Source: Octopus vulgaris
Taxonomy: Eukaryota
Length of the DNA: 64,000 bases
NCBI GenBank assembly: GCA_951406725.2
Contig: OX597819.1
Coordinates: 60,574,001-60,638,000 of the forward strand
Direction of reading: 5' to 3'
A program made the translations under genes and the position numbers. Under the pieces are notes generated by a model. The model was not told the origin of the DNA. It saw nothing but the letters and a program-made list of their open reading frames with translations, and did no database searches. Positions 53,336 through 64,000 of this stretch are shown in pieces; position 1 is the stretch's first letter; each line of letters begins with the position of its first letter.

Positions 53336-53502
53336 ATGGCTACAGACGAGTTGGCCACTCTGCTAACTCGCCGCATCAATATTAGTGATGCTATTGAGGC
53401 TGGTGAGACTGTACAGGCGACGGCCAAAGTTTTCAATCCTTACACGGAATTTAAAGAATTTTCCAGGAAAGAAATCAAGGATTTGGAAAAAACATTTAAG
53501 AA
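53336..53502 (+). CDS. EFHD2: First coding exon (copy B) of an EF-hand domain protein D2 / Swiprosin-1 homologue
   Basis: Translates to MATDELATLLTRRINISDAIEAGETVQATAKVFNPYTEFKEFSRKEIKDLEKTFK(K), closer to the vertebrate KVFNPYTEFKEFSRKQIKDMEKMFK. Same length (167 nt), same aatcATGg context and same phase-2 AA|GTAAGT donor as copy A. Confidence 0.95.
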
Positions 53503-54455
53503 GTAAGTCTTGCTTCATTCCATTTATACAGTTCGATCATCGATATTATTTTTTCTCTTGTCTTTCTCCACCCTTTATCTCTCTCTGTCTCTAGCTCTTC
53601 CTCTATCTAGTGTTTTAATTGAATTTAATTTTATGTCAATGTATGAAAAAGGAAAATCATCAAAATCCTTTTTGCTTCAAACAATAACGAAAACAATATT
53701 CAATTTTCTTTTCTTTTTTTTACACGTGTTAGCAGTATTGATTTTTTTTGTTCCCTCTCTGCTCTGTTGTTAGGCAATTTGCGGAGATGTCATCTCCTTC
53801 ACAGCTGCTGCTTGACATCTCGTCAATGGTCCTTTCTCCGATAGATTGTATTGCCTTTATTAGTTATACGTTGCATACATCTATCTCTAGCACCATTCTC
53901 ACGACACCACTTATCTCCTGCATTTGTCTTTTACTCGGAGACGCGGAAGATTCTTTCCTCTAGACATTTAAAAACACTGTAGAAGGAAATATAATTATTG
54001 TCTCAGAAGAATATATTTAGATCCATTGATAAAGCGAATATATCTATCTATCTAGATATAAAATAATCGAAATGCATTTGTGTTGGTTCGCAAACAAAGA
54101 CAAGCAGAATAAACAACTCGTTGGGAAGCGAATCTGATGTAGTTTCATCGTTGTCATTGTCTTGGCCGTGGCACCAACAGCTCAGACAGTAGCAGGACTT
54201 CGACGCTCTGATTTCGATGTTGGTTGCAATTTAACTTTCACATACTAACTCAGTTCCTTCTGTTATGTACTAATTTGGCGGTATAACTAAAATGCCAACA
54301 GAAATTGCATGCTATTATATTTAACATAAACTTGGTATACAGTTACATATAACTAATTTTGTTCATTCATGAGTAAATAAACGAAAAAAAAGGGGGAAAT
54401 GCTACTTTCTGTGTTACATAAGACTAGAAAAGGGCACAACATGCATGCATGCATA

Positions 54456-54515
<60 letters not shown>

Positions 54516-54662
54516 ACCCATTCTTTTGCCTTAATATACGAGTGCCTATTTCTTCTTAATGATAACTTATAAGCCAACTACATACATACATGCATACATA
54601 CATGCATAGATACATGCATACATACATACATATATACATACATACATACATACATACATACA

Positions 54663-54693
<31 letters not shown>

Positions 54694-55109
54694 CTCCACC
54701 ACTAGATGGTGTAGTTTTGATCCCATTAATAACGAAACAACCCACTATACACAAACACACACTCGCGCGCGCGTACATAATATTTTTAATATTTATTAAA
54801 ACTGCCTCAAAATGTTTAGTTAGGTTACAGTATCACTTTTCCTACAAAAACAAAGCTTATGTCAAAAATAAGAAGCTTAAAAGCTTCCTTCTATCTCTTA
54901 CAACAGATATAGTAGCACGATACACACACCTCCCTTGGCTTTTTCCTTCACTGACACTTGCTTAACGTTATCTTTTTAAAGTGTAAACTAATCTTCTTAG
55001 CCGTTCTCTGCCTATTGACCAACATTTGATGTAATGTCTTTAGCTAGCTTAGACTACCTTCCCCCAATAACTGCACATCATGGATCCATCTATTACTAGC
55101 TTCCGTGTA

Positions 55110-55770
<661 letters not shown>

Positions 55771-57528
55771 GCTTGCTATATGTATGTGGGCGTACGTTTA
55801 GCCTTCTGGGAATTACACAACTCCTTTTGTTATCATCTGCTTGGTCTTCATTTATTTTATTCTATATTTTCTACTTTTCTATTTAAGAAAAGTTGAAATG
55901 AAGAAAACGAATTTCACTGCTGCTTCACATGCACGACTAATTCTGCTTCTAACTTAAATTTAATCTTATGTCACCTACTTTACGCAATTAGATCTCACTC
56001 CACGTGTCTTGGTACTTGGTTGTTTTCAAGCAAAACATAATCCATAACAAAAATTTAATTGAAACTTGTCATGTTATTTTACTTCACTTCTGCTGCTGAC
56101 TTATATTTAAAAGTCTATTCTGAGATCTAACACATGCTTTTAAACATCGTTGACTTCTCGTTATGGTTATTTATAAGAGTCTTTTTTTCTTTTTTCAAAT
56201 ACATCGTTCTGACATCACGAAACTAGACATTTTTAGATCATACTTAACTGAACTCTCGACCTTATTCATATTTAGTGTAGAGACACGTGAATAGATTTAG
56301 CGTATATTTATTTCCGCCATTCAGTGATTAATCAATTAATTATTATTTACTAAACGTTCAACTCAAGAACGACATCAAGCAACCCACCAACAGACACCAA
56401 CCAGCTAAACTTATTGTCATTTAATAAATTTCCCAAACATTTCATCTAATGGAAATCAGATATCACCTTCCACCCACCTCGAATAATTTTAAATTACCAA
56501 AATATAATTTTAATTTAAGTATAAGCAGAGCCGTCTTATAGCAAGCAGCACTATAAATCCCAAGGGTAAAACAAGGCACTGGGAGCTACAGTACACATTT
56601 AGTAACAACGTCTGTACATACAATGATAATAGCCTTAAACACCCAGACCACTAACCTCAGGCAGCTGTCCAGTGAGTCGATGTTAAATCTAGACGTTTGT
56701 TAATATTTTATCAGTTCAAAAAAATATTTTTTAAAATTCTATAAAAGAAAGAAATCCATGTTATTGAAGTTCAGGATTAAATACGTTCTTTTATTAATCA
56801 TTCAAGTGTCATCAATGTTATAGGGTTTATTTTTTCCTGTTGTCTTTCACCCCACCACCACAAATTGAGATCAAATACATTTAACATTAAGCTAAAATTG
56901 TGACCAAAACCACTTCCATGTGATTAGCGTTGATTACTTCGTTCGGGGGTTTTCCTCTTCCTGGCGGATGCACTCGTACCATGTTTTTCTTCTTTTTTTT
57001 ACCAAATTTCCTTCCACGTGTTTCTGCATTTTATTCTCGCAACCGTAACCTCTCAAGTTAATTGCTAGTTAACTGCTTAAATGATCTGAACTTGCCTTTT
57101 TACTGTAGCTTTAGGGAAATATCACAAAATGTTTCCAGAAGGTGCAAACTCACACCACTACGTCGAAACTATATTTTGTTATTACGTTGTTTGTTTTTTG
57201 TACTTTATGGAAATCACTTTGAATGTGTAGAAGTTTGGTCCGTATAATCATTACATTGTTTAATGTCCACTTTTTCCGTACTTGCATGAGTCAGACGGGA
57301 TTTGTTGAGGCAGTTTTCCTACGGCCAGATCTCTTTCCTGTCGCCAGCCCCCACCTGTTTTCAAGCAATCTAATATCCCTCCCCACCCCTGGTCAGACAG
57401 ATTTTACATGGAAGACTGGAAACGAACAGCGTCGCTTGTATGACGGTGATACTCATTTTCAGTCATCACATGATGTCAAGACAAGAGTACACGCAAACCC
57501 CCCCCACACACACATATATACATACATA

Positions 57529-57694
57529 CAGGGCCGGCTGAAGATACCGGCAACTCGGGCTGTTGCCCGGGGCGCCATGTACCAGAGAGCGCCAAGCAGG
57601 ACGTGACAAAGACAAGGAAATTTCCACGACTGTCAGCTTGTACACGCCGAAGTTCAGCTTGCCTGGTGCGTCAGCAACCCTAGGGCCGGCCCTG
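57529..57694. mobile_element. hAT-type MITE
   Basis: TIR cagggccggc / gccggccctg; imperfect 8-bp TSD catacata / catgcatg. Confidence 0.7.
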
Positions 57695-58214
57695 CATGCA
57701 TGCATGCATTCATTCATTCATACATACATACATACATACATACATCTACACACACACACACATACATACATACATACATCATACATACATACATACATAC
57801 ATACATACATACATCTACACAAACACACATACACATGTATGTACATATGTAATTAGCTTTCAGTTTCCGTCTGCCAACTTCTAAAATTATTTTGTCAGCA
57901 ACATTTAATGGCATTTTTCAGTAGTTCCCAAACTTCTTAGAGTTTCTCCAATGTTCTACAAGCTCTTCTCAAGTGCCTCTATCTGACCTTATTGAACTGC
58001 ATAACTGACAGTAGTTTAATCAACATGTTGGGAAATAATAATATTTAAAATTAATAATTATTTGTGAATTTAATAATTAATTAAGTGAAAATGTATCAGA
58101 GAAAAATATTACAATTGAAATAGGGTAATTCTTCCACTTCTGCCCACTCACTGAACTGTTGTCTTTGACAATATATTCCCTCTTTGTCCAGAATATCCTT
58201 GAAGATGTCAACAT

Positions 58215-58652
58215 TCCTTTCCACTCTAGGCACAAGGCCTGAAATTTTGGAGGAGAGGGCCAGTTGATTAGATCGGCCCCTGTACACAATTGGTACTTAA
58301 TTTATCGACCCCAAAAGAATGAAAGGTGAAGTCGATCTCAGCAGAGTTTGAACTCAGAACGTAAAGACAGACAAAATACCGCTAGGCATTTCACCTGGCA
58401 TGCTAACGTTTCTGCTAGTTTGCCACCTTAATAATATTTTTTCTACTCTAGGCACAAGGCCCAAAATTTTGGGGGAGAGGATTAGTTGATTAAATCGACC
58501 CCAGTACACAATTGGTACTTAATTTATCGACCCCAAAAGAATGAAAGGTGAAGTCAACTTCGGCAGAATTTGAACTCAGAACATAAAGACAAACGAAATA
58601 CCGCTTAGCATTTCACCCAGCATGCTAATGTTTCTGCCAGCTCACTGCCTTA
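58215..58652 (-). mobile_element. S2 SINE dimer within one TSD
   Basis: Two bodies, flanked by ttgaagatgtcaacatt / ttgaagatgttaatatt. Confidence 0.8.
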
Positions 58653-58890
58653 TTGAAGATGTTAATATTAAGCTATTCATAGGGCAGCGAGCTCATTGAC
58701 AACTTGCCTCCACTGTAAGTAACTTCAAAATATGCTCAAAGATATCCTTATTAAAATATTCTAGGGATTGGCAGATTTATTAGTGTTGGATGAAATGCCT
58801 TGTGGTATTTGTTCTGGCCCTTCACATTCTGAGTTCAAATTCTGGTGAGGTTAAATTTGCTTGAATTCTTTTGGTGTCAATAAAATAAAT

Positions 58891-59235
58891 AGGTGCAGGA
58901 GTGGCTGTGTAGTAAGTAGCTTGCTTACCAACCACATGGTTCCGAGTTCAGTCCCACTAAATGCCATCTTGGGCAAGTGTCTTCTACTATAACCTTGGGC
59001 CGACCAAAGCCTTGTAAGTGGATTTGGTAGTTGGAAACTGAAAGAAGCCTGTCATATATGCATGCATACATACATACATACATACATATATATATATATG
59101 GCATTAGGAAGGGCATCCAGCCGTAGAAACATTGCCAGATCAGACTGGGCCTGGTGCAGCCTTCTGGCTTCCCAGACCCCAGTTGAACCGTCCAACCCAT
59201 GCCAGCATGGAAAGCGGACACTAAACGACGATGAT
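58891..59235 (+). mobile_element. S1 SINE head followed by an RTE-type tail module
   Basis: Head at 58891-59055, then microsatellite, then ggcattaggaagggcatccagc...aacccatgccagcatggaaagcggac...gatgat. Confidence 0.75.
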
Positions 59236-59319
59236 ATATATATACATACATACATACACATACATACATACATACATATACATACATACATAAATACATA
59301 CATATATATGTATGTATGT

Positions 59320-59873
59320 CAGGTCACTTTTGAGTGCTACTGGTAACATGTAACCCAGTACTACCTGTTGCATGGTCAGGTCGTCGGCGACTAAACCGGC
59401 AACCCCACCAAGCTCACTTGGTGAGGAGGGTGTTTATTGGTCACCCTGCGGGATGAAAAACAAAACCCGTCAAAGGGCGGAGGAACTCTTGAGAGTCAAC
59501 GGCCATCCAATAAATGTCTTAAAGCTGTATCATGCGTGGGGACATAGAAATAATCGGATTGAATACCCGATCGCGCAGTTAAACCATTGGGAGTGAAGGA
59601 CTCCTAGCCTTTGTCAAGGCATCCCTTTAGGAGAAGGCAACTCAGGTAACTGGGATAACTCCGACATAAAACCTGCGGCTCAGTGGTTACCGATGATGTT
59701 GACTTGTTCTTCTTTTCGGATTATGGCTGCTGTTGCTTAGTGAGTGGGATTGACTCAGTGCACAGCCTTTCCTCACTTAAAAAAATATCTTCTTGCACAG
59801 GCATTGCACGATAACAACATTGATTAAGCTCCGTGCAATGGCCATACTCGATAACGATGGGGCAGCCACCATG
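59320..59873 (+). mobile_element. Unclassified GC/CpG-rich repeat, resembling an RTE-LINE 5'UTR
   Basis: Sharp compositional contrast, embedded between the microsatellite and tail of an S1 SINE. Contains ggcatccc.ttaggagaaggcaactc, a motif I associate with RTE 5'UTRs. Confidence 0.4.
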
Positions 59874-61593
59874 TATGAATGTATGTATGTATATGTATGT
59901 GTGTGTATTTGTTTCTGTCTGTGTTTGTCCCCCCAACATTGCTTGACAACCGATACTGGTGTGTTTACATCCCCATAACTTAAGTGACCAATAGAATAAG
60001 TACTAGGCTTACAAAGAATAAGTCCTGGGGTCATTTTGCTCGACTAAAAGTGGTGCTCCAGCATGACCACAGTCAAATAACTGAAACAAGTAAAAGAATA
60101 AAAGAATATAATAAAGTACCAGTCAAGTGCCGGAGTTAATGGTATTGACTAAGCATTCCCCTCAAAATTGCTGGCCTTGTGCCTAAATCAGAAATTGTTA
60201 TAAAGGGTGGCAACCTGGCAGAGGCTTTAGAGCACTGGAAAGAAGGCCTTGCAGCAACTTCTCCTGGTTCTTTGCTTTCTGTGTGCAAATCCTCCCAAGG
60301 TCAACTTTATCTTTCATTCCTCCAAGGTCGATAAAATAATGTAATTGCTAGGGGTGGGGGGCAGTGAGGTGCTTTAAATGTGAGGCTTTGTACCTATATA
60401 TATAAAAAAAAAACAAGCAAAAAAACTTATTGTTATTGTTATCATTTATTTGTGAAGGTGCACAGCCTAGTGGTTTGGGTGTTTGGCTCATGGTCATAAT
60501 GCCATGGTTTCAATTCCTGGACTGGGTAGTATATTGTAACCTTGAGTAGAACACTTCATTTTATATTGCTTGAGTCTATTTAGCTGAAAATGAGTACCAG
60601 CTGAGCACTGGTGCAGTCTTCTCTCTCTCTCTCTTCAGCTGTCACATTTTGGATGTGCCATTGAGTCAAGGAGTGGGAATCTCAAGAGGTTCTCCATGTC
60701 TACTTATGATTACAAAGGACACATAAAACCATTTTTGAGAGCAGGATTTATGTTACTAAGCCATACTTGTTCATTGGTCGTCATAGCTGGTTCTTTTGTT
60801 ATTTATATAGAATAAGGTGGTGAGCTGGCAGAATCATTAGCATGCCGAGCGAAATGCTTAGCGGTATTTCATTTGCCTTTACGTTCTGAGTTCAAATTCC
60901 ACCGAGGTCAACTTTTCCTTCATCCTTTCGGGGTTGATAAATTAAATACCAGTTGCGTACTGAGGTTGATCTACCAAATTTCAGGCCTTGTGTCTATAGT
61001 AGAAAGGATTATAGAGAATGATGCAGTAGCAGAAATGGTTCAGCTACTCTGCATTCTAAGTTCAAAATCCATTGTGGTCAATACTGTTTTCCATCTATGG
61101 GAGTATAAATTTACCAGTCTGAGAAACAATTATTATACATCCAGGGTTTACTTAACCCTTTACCTGTCCCATGTATCACATGCGATACACAGGGCATATT
61201 ACCCAGGCATCCATGCATCATGTATGATATACTTTCTCAATTTCTTTCAACCACCAGACCTATTTGAAACTTATGAAAGGAAAGTTTTATACTAACTTAG
61301 AACACATGAAACAAAAGTGGACTACAAGTCTGTAAACAAGCATGGATGTGTAGGACAAATTTATGAAAATGCTTTGGACATTAAAAGGGTTAAAACACAG
61401 AAATATACTATTAAACTGGCACTTGAATATTTAAAAGTTTACTCTCAGTATGACAGAGCAATAAACCTTACTACACAACACTGTTTATGCATTGTATCCT
61501 GAGAATCAATTTTAGGTACTGTTTAATCATCCAGGTTATGTTACTCTGACATTTGTAGACTAAACTAATTCTTTGATAATTTTGGTAATTGTA

Positions 61594-62038
61594 AAGGCGG
61601 TGAGTTGGCAGAAACATTAGCATGCTGGGCAAAATGCTTAGCATATTTCATCTGTCTTTACGTTCTGAGTTCAAATTCTGCCAAGGTCGACTTTGCCTTT
61701 CATCCTTTCAGGGTTGATAAATTAAGTACCAGTTGGGTACTGGTGTTGATCTAATCAACTGGCTGCCTCCCCAGAAATTCTGGGCCTTGTGCCTAGAGTA
61801 GAAAATAATTTTTTTATCCAAAGTAAGGCAGTGAGCTGGCAGAAATGTTAGCATGCTGGGCAAAATGCTTACCAGTATTTCATTTGTCTTTACATTCTGA
61901 GTTCAAATTCTGCCGAGGTCGACTTTGCCTTTCATCCTTTCGGGGTTGATAAATTTAGTACCAGTTGCGTACTGGGGTTGATCTAATTGACTGGCCCCTC
62001 CCCCAAAATTTCAGGCCTGGTGCCTAGAGTAGAAAAGA
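61594..62038 (+). mobile_element. S2 SINE dimer within one TSD
   Basis: Two bodies, flanked by aattttggtaattg / aattttggtaactg. Confidence 0.8.
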
Positions 62039-62079
62039 ATTTTGGTAACTGCATCTTCACTGTAAAATCTTATGATATA

Positions 62080-62632
62080 GGCAGAGGCATGACTGTGTGA
62101 TTAAGAAGTCTACTTCCTAACCATGTGGTTTCAGTTTCAGTCCAACAGCACGACACCTTGCCTGGTAGTGTAGCCCCAGGCTGACCAATACTGTGCAAGT
62201 GAATTTAGTTGGTGAAAATTGTGTGGAAGCTTGTTGCACATGTGTGTGTGTATTGCATATGTTCCCCTCTGCTTGACAACTGGTGTTGGTCTGCTTATGT
62301 AACTTAGTGGTTTGGCAAAAGAGACTTATGGAATAAGTGCCAAACTTTAAAAAAAGTACTGGGGGTGATTTGTTTTAACTAGATCCTTCAAGGTGATGCC
62401 CCAGCATGGCCACAGTGCAATAACTGAAACAAGTAAAAAATATAGAATACATACAGGAGTGGCTGTGTGGTAAGTAACTTGCTTCCCAACCACATGGTTC
62501 CAGGTTCAGTCCCACTGCATGGCACTTTGGGCAAGTGTCTTCTAATATAGCCTCAGGCCAACCAAAGCCTTGTGAGTGGATTTGGTAGATGGAAACTGAA
62601 AAAAGCCTGTCATATATATGTGTGTGTGTATG

Positions 62633-62681
<49 letters not shown>

Positions 62682-62915
62682 GTGTGTATGTATGTATGTA
62701 TATGTTTGTGTGTCTGTTTTTGTCCCCCCAACATTGCTTGACAACTGATGCTGGTGTGTACGTCAAAAGAGATCGATAGAATAAGTTCTGCAAAAGAGAC
62801 CAATAGAATAAGTACTAGGTTTACAAAGACTAAGTCCTGGGGTCGATTTGCTCAACTAAAGGTGGTGCTCCAGCATGGCTACAGTCAAATGGCTGAAACA
62901 AATTAAAAAAAAGAA
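62080..62915 (+). mobile_element. Two adjacent S1 SINEs (an older and a younger copy)
   Basis: Heads at about 62080 and 62452; tails ending at about 62440 and 62915. Confidence 0.8.
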
Positions 62916-63169
62916 TACATACATACACACATTTATTGGATACAGTGCTCTTTTTTATTGTGGGAAAGTAGGTATAATCAGTCAACCTCCAAAGTATTAC
63001 AGGTACTTCAAGATGAAAGGTAAAGTTATTCCAGCTACTTCTAGTAACTCTAGAACAGTGATTCTCAACCATTTTTTACCTATGGACCCCTTAAATTCCT
63101 ATTTTATTCAGGTGGACCCTCATAGCTATTTGATGTTTTAAAAAAATCCTATGACATTTTTATAATTAA

Positions 63170-63561
63170 CCCTTCAGCATTCAGATTATTCTGTGAAATG
63201 TAATGTTTATTTATTTATTAATAAATTAATAATGCAATATCTCATAGCTTCATGATGTGATTGTATAATTTTTGAATGACTTTTTAGGGTAGGTGTGAGA
63301 GGTCAGCTCTGGCCAATTTGAATATTAAACAGATGAAATATTTCGGCCAGATATTACTCTTTTACTCTTTTACTTGTTTCAGTCATTTGACTGCAGCCAT
63401 GCTGGAGCACCGCCTTTAGTCGAGCAAATCGATCCCAGGACTTATTCTTTGTAAGCCTAGTATTTATTCTATCGGTCTCTTTTGCCGAACTGCTAAGTTA
63501 CAGGGATGTAAACACACCAGCATCGGTTGTCAAGCGATGTTGAGGGGACAAACACAGACAC

Positions 63562-63620
<59 letters not shown>

Positions 63621-63823
63621 TACACACACACACACATATATATATATACATATATATGATGGGCTTCTTTCAGTTTCCGTCTACCAAATCCATTCACAAG
63701 GCTTTGGTCGGCCTGAGGCTATAGTATAAGACACTTGCCCAAGGTGCCACGCAGTGGGAATGATTTGAATATCAAACAGATAAAATATTTCGGCTGGATA
63801 TGGCTGGTTTAAATGCTAAAGGG
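63170..63823. mobile_element. piggyBac-type (TTAA) MITE interrupted by an S1 SINE
   Basis: ttaa|cccttcagcatt ... aatgctaaaggg|ttaa. A decayed relative lies at about 2838-3464, and another TTAA-ccc element at about 18015-18499. Confidence 0.7.
63355..63762 (-). mobile_element. 5'-truncated S1 SINE flanked by a 39-bp direct duplication
   Basis: S1 body with flanks 63316-63354 and 63763-63801. Confidence 0.85.
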
Positions 63824-64000
63824 TTAAATATTATTAGGAATTGTATAAAAAAAAAACTGTCAAAATATTTTAGAGCACGGTGGTGCTCCAGCATGACCAC
63901 AGCCACATGACTGAAATGAGTAAAAGAGTATATTGTGGCAGTATAACCAATTTATTGCCGATAAGTTTAAACAACAAAATCTTATATGACACCCACCACT

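Noticed and set aside
61448-61502. ctctcag|TATGAC... as a possible EFHD2 exon 2
   Set aside because: Wrong phase (0 instead of 2), and the translation YDRAINLTTQHCLCIVS* has no EF-hand.

Overview
This is eukaryotic, AT-rich, microsatellite-dense DNA. Its tRNA-derived SINE families and LINE remnants look like those of coleoid cephalopods (Octopus-like); this is my recognition of the repeats, not a database result. Nearly all ORFs in the supplied track are microsatellite or transposon artefacts. The only clearly recognisable host coding sequences are two 167-nt first coding exons of an EFHD2/Swiprosin-1 homologue (31735-31901 and 53336-53502, both +), which are too short for the ORF track. They are 39/55 aa identical, share a phase-2 GTAAGT donor, and each has its own copy of a conserved upstream promoter/5'UTR block. 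I found no EF-hand exon between them or after the second copy. This suggests duplicated alternative promoter + first-exon cassettes feeding shared exons outside the window. The rest of the window is SINEs (some inserted as multimers), RTE/CR1/Penelope remnants, mariner/hAT/MULE/piggyBac-type non-autonomous elements, several short fold-back cassettes with hammerhead- or HDV-like ribozyme cores, and weak hints of an unidentified minus-strand gene (microexons, RFX X-box) in the first 27 kb. Repeat boundaries were read by eye and may be off by a few to tens of bases.
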